Below the pieces are notes generated by a model. The model did no database searches and was not told the origin of the DNA. It saw nothing but the letters and a program-made list of their open reading frames with translations. A stretch of DNA of 32,146 nt, taken from a virus (Duplodnaviria > Caudoviricetes). Each line of letters opens with the position of its first letter. The stretch's first letter is position 1. Both the position numbers and the translations under genes were made by a program. The stretch lies in IMG/VR virus record IMGVR_UViG_3300020045_004870, positions 1 through 32,146 of that record, one strand, 5' to 3'. Below are positions 19,271-25,779 of this stretch, piece after piece.

Positions 19271-19551
19271 CCGATTTTCAGGGCACCGAGGCGGCATATG
19301 ATCCGACCACGGAGATTTCCGTTACCGATAGCGCGCTTCCCGGGAACCTCGCGGCGGGTGCTCGGCAAGTCCTGCTCGCTGTCGGCGGCTGGGCTGTCGG
19401 CAAGGGCTACCTCGACAACAGCACGCTAGCCATGCTCGCCACGGTGTCCGCCGTCCTGGGACCGTTCCTGTACGGTCAGTGGAAGCAATACGAGAGCCAC
19501 CGCGAGAAGCGAACGCTGGCCATCACTTCCCCCATCGGAAAACTCAAGTAG
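19267..19551 (+). CDS. putative holin
   Basis: ATGA overlap; RQVLLAVGGWAVGKGYLD plus a second TM and basic C-tail. Confidence 0.7.
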   Translation: MTDFQGTEAAYDPTTEISVTDSALPGNLAAGARQVLLAVGGWAVGKGYLDNSTLAMLATVSAVLGPFLYGQWKQYESHREKRTLAITSPIGKLK

Positions 19552-19562
19552 GAGCATACCCC

Positions 19563-19931
19563 ATGTCCATCGGATCATTTTTCAGCAAGATCTTCGGCAG
19601 CAAGGCCGGCCAGTCGGTTCAGGCGTTCGCCATGACCGAGGCACAGAAGGCGGTCGCAGCCCTGTCGAAAACGACCATCGGGGCCACGGTCGCAGCGGAC
19701 ATTGCGTCCCTGACCAATTCGAGCCTGTCGGGTGCGGAGAAGTTCGCGCAAGTCGTCGGCAATACCGCTCCCCTGCTCGCCTCGTTCCTGACGCAGGGCG
19801 GTGTGGCTACCGCTGTCGCCGACGCCGAGGATGTGGCTCGGCAGTTGGTCCAGAGCCTCTATAACGATCTCCAGTCCACCAAAGCGGGCTCGGTCGCAAA
19901 GTCCATTCTGGCACTGCTCGGCATCAAATGA
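19563..19931 (+). CDS. hypothetical amphipathic helical protein
   Basis: AGGAG RBS; MSIGSFFSKIFGSK N-terminal helix; KSILALLGIK C-terminus. Confidence 0.7.
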   Translation: MSIGSFFSKIFGSKAGQSVQAFAMTEAQKAVAALSKTTIGATVAADIASLTNSSLSGAEKFAQVVGNTAPLLASFLTQGGVATAVADAEDVARQLVQSLYNDLQSTKAGSVAKSILALLGIK

Positions 19932-20161
19932 GCGACAAGCCGCCCATTCTACCGGACGGCTTCAAATACTTCGTCGGCGAAACCGATCCGGCTATCCAAG
20001 GCTCCCAATGGGTAGTGCGGATAGCTCGGATCGGTGGAGACCAGAACAGTACGTGTAAGGCTGTATCGCCGCATTTCGTGTATCGAGATAGCGCTAATCG
20101 GTGGCGGGATTGGCTGGAGGGTCGGATCCCGAAGTTTCGGTATCTGCCGGGGGTGAATTAG
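19928..20161 (+). CDS. hypothetical protein (77 aa)
   Basis: ATGA overlap; ends 3 bp before the convergent tRNA. Confidence 0.55.
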   Translation: MSDKPPILPDGFKYFVGETDPAIQGSQWVVRIARIGGDQNSTCKAVSPHFVYRDSANRWRDWLEGRIPKFRYLPGVN

Positions 20162-20164
20162 GTT

Positions 20165-20241
20165 TGGAGCGCCCGGTGGGATTCGAACCCACAACATCGG
20201 GAATAGAAGTCTCGTGGCCTATCCAGTTGGCCTACGGGCGC
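20165..20241 (-). tRNA. tRNA-Arg (anticodon UCU)
   Basis: GCGCCCG TA GGCC AACTGGATA GGCC A CGAGA CTTCTAT TCCCG ATGTT GTGGG TTCGAAT CCCAC CGGGCGC T CCA; 77 nt, A20 Arg identity base, encoded CCA. Confidence 0.95.
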
Positions 20242-20289
20242 ATGGCCGGGGTCGGGCTATGCCGCCCCGGATGTTAAACTAAGAATAGC

Positions 20290-20316
20290 CTAACGTCGGC
20301 GCCTGAGTATCTTCAT
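20290..20316 (-). CDS. putative leaderless leader peptide MKILRRRR
   Basis: ATG AAG ATA CTC AGG CGC CGA CGT TAG; the ATG starts at the 7th nt after the -10 box. Confidence 0.55.
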   Translation of the reverse strand: MKILRRRR

Positions 20317-20322
20317 GGGAAA

Positions 20323-20351
20323 CCTATAGACTTCTTCGCCCATTCGTGCAA
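20323..20351 (-). promoter_or_regulatory. promoter of leader peptide + tRNA-Arg
   Basis: (C)TTGCAC-N17-TATAGG on the - strand. Confidence 0.7.
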
Positions 20352-20359
20352 GATGTCAT

Positions 20360-20455
20360 TGCTGCGGCGGTGCATCATGCAGCGCAGTTGGGGTGCGGGC
20401 TTTAGGGCTTATTCGTCTGTTCGATTCAGGTCGTGGTGCCAAAGCCGCCGCAGCA
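20360..20455 (+). ncRNA. tRNA-like RNA enclosed in a 12-bp outer stem
   Basis: Outer stem TGCTGCGGCGGT/GCCGCCGCAGCA; acceptor-like GCATCATG/CGTGGTGC; D-arm GCGC-AGTTGGG-GTGC; T-arm GTCTG-TTCGATT-CAGGT; G-U pairs favour the + strand. Confidence 0.6.
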
Positions 20456-20471
20456 CTTAAGTCCTAGCTCG

Positions 20472-20642
20472 CTAGGCTGCCGGGAGTCGCGACCCGGCGT
20501 TGATGGTGCGGGAGAGCGCCACACTGCTCGCTGATACTACGGTATCACCCGGCGCCACTCCCATAACAGCCACGATAGCTCTAAGCTGAAACACCGCCTT
20601 TACGTAGGCAAGCTCGCGCAGAATGGCGGCGGTGTCTGTCAT
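20472..20642 (-). CDS. possible 56-aa protein (not in ORF track)
   Basis: TAATG coupling to upstream ORF; MTDTAAILRELAYVKAVFQLRAIVAVMG...; overlaps a hairpin-rich region. Confidence 0.4.
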   Translation of the reverse strand: MTDTAAILRELAYVKAVFQLRAIVAVMGVAPGDTVVSASSVALSRTINAGSRLPAA

Positions 20643-20842
20643 TATGATTGCACCATCTGGTCAGGATCGAAGTCAAAGCGCTGGCAGAGTTGCCAAGCAT
20701 AGGTGGAGCCGAGGCCGAACCGATCCATTACGGTCGCCCACAGCGGGCGGCTATCGAAACGATTGAGACCACTTCTCCGGGACATGCTGGCGATCACTCG
20801 GCGCAGCAGTTCGGTGTCGGGGATCTCGGGCGCGTCAGCCAT
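20642..20842 (-). CDS. hypothetical protein (66 aa)
   Basis: GGGAG RBS; overlaps upstream stop; FGLGSTYAWQLC..FDFDPD. Confidence 0.7.
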   Translation of the reverse strand: MADAPEIPDTELLRRVIASMSRRSGLNRFDSRPLWATVMDRFGLGSTYAWQLCQRFDFDPDQMVQS

Positions 20843-21335
20843 GAACCAGACTCCCTGCGTTTGCTTGGGGGAGGGCTCGGATATCGTAGGCGATCGACTG
20901 CGCCGTTAGCATCGCCTCGCTGTGGGCTAGGCATCCGTCGCGATCACCAGCAGTGCGGGACATATCGTACAGTGCACGTGCGCCTTCGGTGGCATCTGCC
21001 GCGACCGCCGCCGCGTCCTCCACACCCCTCCGGTACCCATCCATATCGCCCGTATGGGATGCGAGAGCGGCTAGGATGGCGTCGGCGCGAAGCAGGTTGC
21101 GACGCTCCTCGATCAGCGCGTAGCCGTCATCTCGGTCCTCGAAATCGACCGGATCTAATCCGTCTTCCAGATCCTCGAAATCGACTGGATCGAACCCGTC
21201 CATCGTCAGGCGGTGCGTGGCAACACCGTTGATCAGGCTGACCATGTCGAAGCTGTAGCCGAACGCGTCGTCAGCTTTTCTAATAGCTGTCGCAATCGCC
21301 TCGCGCAGGGGTGCGGCGCTCTGGTCGGTGGTCAT
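20835..21335 (-). CDS. hypothetical protein with internal 12-aa tandem duplication
   Basis: ATGA overlap; DGFDPVDFEDLE/DGLDPVDFEDRD. Confidence 0.7.
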   Translation of the reverse strand: MTTDQSAAPLREAIATAIRKADDAFGYSFDMVSLINGVATHRLTMDGFDPVDFEDLEDGLDPVDFEDRDDGYALIEERRNLLRADAILAALASHTGDMDGYRRGVEDAAAVAADATEGARALYDMSRTAGDRDGCLAHSEAMLTAQSIAYDIRALPQANAGSLVHG

Positions 21336-22036
21336 GCTGCGAGCCTTTCAATGTACGCGACCTCAGCGGCGCGGCCCTTGGTCGATTTGAACGAGCCGAG
21401 TGGAGTGAACGGCAGCCAACTCGCACCCTCACCCTCGCATGCGATCAGCAGTCCGCGCCGCGAACGGCACCAGTGCCCTAGCGCCTCGAAGTCATCGAAC
21501 GGCACGCGGTAGAAACGCCCCTTGTCGCCATAGGGCGGGTCAACAAAATGCGTCGCAGCGATGGCAGGCGCGCAGCTATAGCTGCCTTCAGTGATCGTCC
21601 ATTCGGCGATCGCGGGTAGAGTAGCCGCGATTCTCTCTTTTGCGCGCCCACCCCAATTTAGCTGCCCTCGGTCCGTTCGCGCTGAGAAAGCTGTCCGGGA
21701 TTTCTTCGGCGTCGCACTACCCCGGTTAAGCCAAAAGCCGATGAGCCATTTAGCCTCTTGCGGGAGCGCATAATTATCGACGTGATCGCCGACTTCTGGC
21801 ATGTTCGGGAGCGACATGATTTCGGCCGGAGTGACCCTCAACAAGTAGCGCCACAGCCCCGCAATGATCGGGTCTTTATCGACCAAATGAGCGCGACGAA
21901 CACCGTAGAAGCACGAATAGCCTGCACCGCCTGCGAAAGGTTCAATCGTCTCACCCTCCGGTGCGGGATAGTGACGGGCAATGTTCCACTTGCTGCCGTA
22001 GAACGGGAAAAGCGGTTTGATCGACATGTTGCACAT
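21332..22036 (-). CDS. DNA N6-adenine methyltransferase (D12/Dam-like), orphan
   Basis: FPFYGSKW, IEPFAGGAG (SAM binding), FVDPPY (catalytic); GGAGG RBS. Confidence 0.85.
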   Translation of the reverse strand: MCNMSIKPLFPFYGSKWNIARHYPAPEGETIEPFAGGAGYSCFYGVRRAHLVDKDPIIAGLWRYLLRVTPAEIMSLPNMPEVGDHVDNYALPQEAKWLIGFWLNRGSATPKKSRTAFSARTDRGQLNWGGRAKERIAATLPAIAEWTITEGSYSCAPAIAATHFVDPPYGDKGRFYRVPFDDFEALGHWCRSRRGLLIACEGEGASWLPFTPLGSFKSTKGRAAEVAYIERLAA

Positions 22037-22037
22037 C

Positions 22038-22760
22038 TCAGAACTCCTCCATCGTGTGGACGGAGGGGGAGGCGGCGAGCATGGCGGCGATCACGTCGCG
22101 CATGTTCTGGACCGCATCGCGATAGTGCTCGAACCGATCCCAGCGGTCCGTCATATCTGCGTTCCATGCCTGCGATTTCTTGGTCTCGTAGACCGCAATC
22201 TGCTTATCGAAAGCCGCAAGGATCGCGCTCTCCGGCACGCTCGCTACAGGGTCGCGCAGCGGGTGATTAGGCATACCTGCCCCGATCTCCGTCTCACCTT
22301 CCAAGCGGGCCATGTTGAGGCACCATTCTTTGGTCGGCACGCTCGCTACACGGGTGAGCGCAGATCGAACACGAACCATGTTGCGCTCAGGGCAGCAGGA
22401 AAAGACGCCCGGCTTGCGGCGCAGATTTTGTAGGGTTTTGGTTGTCCCGCAGCCGGTGCAGACCATTGCCTCCCCGCTATCGTCAATCTCGATCATGCTC
22501 GCTACAGGGGCGATAGACTGCCCTGCAGGGCGAATATTCCAGGCGGCGATAGCGTATGCCTTGATTTCTTCGTCGTATAGGGAATCTGTCGGGTGATCTT
22601 CCATGCGCCCATGACGCGTCCCGCAATTGAGGCACCCGACATAGAAAAACCACCGGGAGCGCTCGCTGTCGCCGATACCGAGAAATTTCTCTGTGGCGCC
22701 TTGCACGCCTACTACGGCAGGCCCTCCGCAAAACGGGCAGGGCTTGATTGGTTCACCCAT
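22038..22760 (-). CDS. mosaic protein with N-terminal Lar-like (restriction alleviation) Zn domain
   Basis: KPCPFCGG..CLNCG..AIAAWNIR; further modules separated by VAS linkers. Confidence 0.7.
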   Translation of the reverse strand: MGEPIKPCPFCGGPAVVGVQGATEKFLGIGDSERSRWFFYVGCLNCGTRHGRMEDHPTDSLYDEEIKAYAIAAWNIRPAGQSIAPVASMIEIDDSGEAMVCTGCGTTKTLQNLRRKPGVFSCCPERNMVRVRSALTRVASVPTKEWCLNMARLEGETEIGAGMPNHPLRDPVASVPESAILAAFDKQIAVYETKKSQAWNADMTDRWDRFEHYRDAVQNMRDVIAAMLAASPSVHTMEEF

Positions 22761-23274
22761 CGTTTCTCTCCCGGTCCTCGATTATGCGGATGGGGCGAGG
22801 TGTGTTGAGTGCCTCTTTCAGCATCTCGCCCAGCACCTCGGAAATCTCGGCGTTCTTCGCAATCGCTGCGCGTATTCCCGCCTCGGTTGGTGCGTTCGCT
22901 ACAGGGGTAAGAGTGGCCGCGATGACTGCGCGTGCCCTGCGTAAATCGCCGAAGGTGACGCGGGCGAAACAAGCCATTTCGGAATTGTCGGGATAATTAT
23001 AGCCCGCACCGTAATCATCCTTGGCATCCATCCAAGATTGCCAGTGCGCGACGAAAGGTTTCAACGCCTCGATCGCCTCACCCAATCGATCCCCATCTAC
23101 TGGGGCGATAGACTGCTCGGCGGCGACAAAGGCGAGCATGGCGCGGATAGTCAGATCGTGAAAAGGATCGTCGCGGGTTTCGCGGATGCTGCGGGCTACG
23201 ATCGGATAGCCGCGAGGCTCAACCGTGGAAGCCCAGATCTCGCGCGCCCGTTCTTCCGGTGGTTGTGTCGTCAT
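22753..23274 (-). CDS. hypothetical mosaic protein
   Basis: ATGA overlap at 23274; EALKPF..DLRRARA module. Confidence 0.65.
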   Translation of the reverse strand: MTTQPPEERAREIWASTVEPRGYPIVARSIRETRDDPFHDLTIRAMLAFVAAEQSIAPVDGDRLGEAIEALKPFVAHWQSWMDAKDDYGAGYNYPDNSEMACFARVTFGDLRRARAVIAATLTPVANAPTEAGIRAAIAKNAEISEVLGEMLKEALNTPRPIRIIEDRERNDG

Positions 23275-23450
23275 GACTTGATCTCTTCGCAGGTGTCCCG
23301 GTGGGCGTGCCATTCTTGGATAGCTCCGGATCGCGCGCCACGTCCGTAGGCATGAGGCGCACTGCGCCAACCGCACGAACAGTCCGCGAAGATGTGGACC
23401 GAAATCCGATCAAGCTTGTGATCGGGATTGGTTTTTCGGCGATCACCCAT
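23271..23450 (-). CDS. small Cys/His protein
   Basis: GGAG/AGGA RBS; CSCGW..WHAH. Confidence 0.6.
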   Translation of the reverse strand: MGDRRKTNPDHKLDRISVHIFADCSCGWRSAPHAYGRGARSGAIQEWHAHRDTCEEIKS

Positions 23451-23772
23451 TGTCTTGCTCCTGCTTGGTGGTGAGGGCGCGAGCGGCTCGCAGATCGCTA
23501 AGCCGGATGTCCAGAGCAACGGGATGTTCCCATATACTCCAAGCGTCTTTCTCTCCCGGTTCGAGCAAATCCGCCGCCTCAGCGAATGGCTTGAGTGCCT
23601 CGATCAGCGCAGCCTCTCGCTTCATGGAGGCTACGAGGGCGTCGGCGGCTTCCTCGGCAAGACTCGCTGCTATCGAGCAATCTTGACCACCATCCTTCCG
23701 AGCCCATGCAGTTATATGTAGCTGCGTGGATTCTTCCCGCAGCCGTTCCACAATGTTGGTTAGGTCGGTCAT
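23443..23772 (-). CDS. hypothetical protein
   Basis: ATGA overlap; IVERLR..EEAADAL..EALKPF..DLRAARA. Confidence 0.7.
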   Translation of the reverse strand: MTDLTNIVERLREESTQLHITAWARKDGGQDCSIAASLAEEAADALVASMKREAALIEALKPFAEAADLLEPGEKDAWSIWEHPVALDIRLSDLRAARALTTKQEQDNG

Positions 23773-23960
23773 GCCAGCTTCCTTCCAGTTCCGCTGCAAT
23801 CTCCGGGAGACCGGCACTCCATTGACCTTTCACAATGGGACGATGGGCAGCGCCGCCAATTATCCAGAATGTCTATCCGGCACCAATCTTCATGAAAGGA
23901 CGGATGTTTGCATTCTTTACAAGGCCCCTTATCCACCTCCAGCATCTCAATGATCGACAT
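23769..23960 (-). CDS. small Cys-rich protein
   Basis: AGGA RBS; CKEC..C..CPSSHC..ECRSPGDC. Confidence 0.6.
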   Translation of the reverse strand: MSIIEMLEVDKGPCKECKHPSFHEDWCRIDILDNWRRCPSSHCERSMECRSPGDCSGTGRKLA

Positions 23961-24153
23961 GCTTGGATTCCTGTTCAGCGTATTCAATGGCGTTCAAGCA
24001 AACGTCTTTAATATCCTTACGTTGGTACGCAGCGTATTTACGATGTTGGGATCGAGGTAGCGAAAGCATTGCGGAGATCGCATCCGCGCCGATCCGGTCT
24101 CGATGTTGTGCGTGTGCCGATATGCACTCATGTACTGCCGCGAGATATGTCAT
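23947..24153 (-). CDS. hypothetical protein (68 aa)
   Basis: ATGA overlap; fills the operon gap. Confidence 0.6.
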   Translation of the reverse strand: MTYLAAVHECISAHAQHRDRIGADAISAMLSLPRSQHRKYAAYQRKDIKDVCLNAIEYAEQESKHVDH

Positions 24154-24896
24154 GCCTTATGCCCCTTGATCTTGACGCGGTGCACGATGGCGGCGCCGTG
24201 TTGTGGATGTTTCGCCTTGGCCTTTGCGGCTGCGTTAGCGCGGCGGGCGATGCGGCGGGCTTTCTCTAGCTGTGCCTCGCGCTTGCGGCGGAGGGCCAGC
24301 GCGACGTTCGCCTTGTGGTCTTTGATGGCCTCGGCCAGATCGTGGCCGGTCTTCGGCTTGAAGAAAATGTGGTCGCCGATCCCGCCTACAACGGTCATCG
24401 TGTACCGCCAGTAGGCCTTGCAATCGGCTCGCATGTAGTAAGTGGCACCGCGGATGTTATCACGATGCTCGCCGGATAGAATCTCATTTTGCATGCGTTT
24501 CATTTTCTGCCAGAGTATCCAACGAGGCGAACCCTCGGGGGCTTGCACGACCTTAATCATGCGGGCCAAGCCGGGGTCGTCCGCGTTCGTCCAGGAGTAT
24601 TGCTTCCGAGCAAAGCACACGTCCCGAACGGTCTTCCCGAAGCGCCCTTTACGCAGGCGGTTCATCAGCGAATGGCCGACAGCGTAGATTCCATCATCGC
24701 CTTGGTTCGATGCCTCGGCGTACATGCAAGCCGCCATCGGGTTGTTCCAAAGCTCGGTAGGCATCCAGCGGCCGCGCAGGTGGTGCACGATGGGCTTAGG
24801 CTTCGGGGCTGGCTTAGCAGCCGGGATAGCCATAACTACCTTGTAGGGCATAGGCTGGGTGGATGTGGCGGCCAGCACCAGTGCGGCCCAGCTCAC
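24150..24896 (-). CDS. cell wall hydrolase, SleB/Hydrolase_2 family
   Basis: MYAEASNQ..AVGHSLMNR..FGKTVRDV..QYSW..GATYY..IGDHIFF. Confidence 0.85.
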   Translation of the reverse strand: MSWAALVLAATSTQPMPYKVVMAIPAAKPAPKPKPIVHHLRGRWMPTELWNNPMAACMYAEASNQGDDGIYAVGHSLMNRLRKGRFGKTVRDVCFARKQYSWTNADDPGLARMIKVVQAPEGSPRWILWQKMKRMQNEILSGEHRDNIRGATYYMRADCKAYWRYTMTVVGGIGDHIFFKPKTGHDLAEAIKDHKANVALALRRKREAQLEKARRIARRANAAAKAKAKHPQHGAAIVHRVKIKGHKA

Positions 24897-25000
24897 GACC
24901 AGATACCCGCGTTAAACTCGGTGACGATGGTCCAGACCATCACAGCCAGACACACGAGGTAAAGGCCGAAACCCAATGCCTCCGTGCGATGAGCGCTCAT
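24893..25000 (-). CDS. 35-aa single-TM peptide (not in ORF track)
   Basis: MSAHRTEALGFGLYLVCLAVMVWTIVTEFNAGIWS; ATGA and GTGA overlaps on both sides. Confidence 0.7.
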   Translation of the reverse strand: MSAHRTEALGFGLYLVCLAVMVWTIVTEFNAGIWS

Positions 25001-25467
25001 GCCGCATCCCCCATCTTGGAATGAAGCTGGTCAACTGCAGCCTCTTCCAAGTCCGCGATGTGGTCCCGCCATTGGTAAACGGTAGTATACCGAAGGGGCA
25101 TGCCGTTGGTTGGGAGGGCGAGGGTCGCAATCCATTCATCCCCAGAGCGCGCGGCTTCTACAGCCCTTGCAAGCCCATCAGACCACCGGAACCATTCGCC
25201 ATTGGCGCGGTCTTGGGCGAATGCAGCATGCCAAACACGCTCCTGCCACCCAAGCAGCGGAATCATCAGGACCGGATAGAGCGGGGTAGCCGACGCAATG
25301 GAGAGATTGCGCATCCGCTTCGCGCAATCTTTGGAGCGGCCTATCTTGCAAAAGCCCTCATTGTTGCGAACGAAGTACAGGTGATCGCCATCGGGCGAGA
25401 AATCGGCGCCGTGGTTATATGCGCCTTCCGGAAATACGAACAATCCGCTATTGGTCTTCCTAGCCAT
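24997..25467 (-). CDS. T5orf172/GIY-YIG family protein
   Basis: LYFVR..KIGRS..KRMRNL..ERVWHAAF..NGEWF; AGGAGG RBS. Confidence 0.85.
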   Translation of the reverse strand: MARKTNSGLFVFPEGAYNHGADFSPDGDHLYFVRNNEGFCKIGRSKDCAKRMRNLSIASATPLYPVLMIPLLGWQERVWHAAFAQDRANGEWFRWSDGLARAVEAARSGDEWIATLALPTNGMPLRYTTVYQWRDHIADLEEAAVDQLHSKMGDAA

Positions 25468-25493
25468 TCAAGCCTCCTGCGCTTGGCTGGTCT

Positions 25494-25526
25494 GGCTCGT
25501 CCGGGTGCAACCGGGCGGGCCTTTTT
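25494..25526 (+). terminator. intrinsic terminator
   Basis: GGCTCGTCCGG-GTGCAA-CCGGGCGGGCC followed by TTTTT; G-U pairs on the + strand. Confidence 0.7.
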
Positions 25527-25675
25527 GGTTCAGAGGCAGGATGCCGAATTGCAACCTTTGCTCCTAGGTGCATGACGCACCAATCAGTGGATCAAAGCTG
25601 GAACATAACCGGTCGAAACAAGAACGTTACACAAGGGGAATTTACGTTTTCCGCCTTGCGCGGCCGTGGGTTAGG

Positions 25676-25724
25676 GGTTTCCTAAACCGTAGGCCGCGCG
25701 TTCAAATCGCGCCGGGGGCTCCCA
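25676..25724 (+). mobile_element. attP core: 3' half of tRNA-Arg(CCU)
   Basis: GGT-TTCCTAA-ACC anticodon arm, GCGCG-TTCAAAT-CGCGC T-arm, CGGGGGC-T-CC acceptor strand; no 5' half; 55 bp from the integrase stop. Confidence 0.85.
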
Positions 25725-25779
25725 CTTTTCCGCCGTTTCCGGCAGATCCACAACGTAGCTCCTATGTCCTACCAAACCT

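Noticed and set aside
20165-20241. tRNA-Arg(UCU) as a prophage boundary
   Set aside because: Phage genes on both sides, and its 3' half does not match the attP core
20555-20600. Twister, hammerhead or HDV-like ribozyme near the tRNA
   Set aside because: Only fragments (TAAC, CTAAGC) resemble the consensus; required pairings could not be built
22233-23116. CRISPR array
   Set aside because: Repeats are short, degenerate, irregularly spaced and in frame within genes; no cas genes
21332-25467. Restriction-modification system (methylase plus GIY-YIG protein)
   Set aside because: Genes are about 3 kb apart; orphan methylases and T5orf172 proteins are both routine in phages
25676-25724. Second complete tRNA gene
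   Set aside because: No 5' acceptor strand or D-arm; better explained as the attP core
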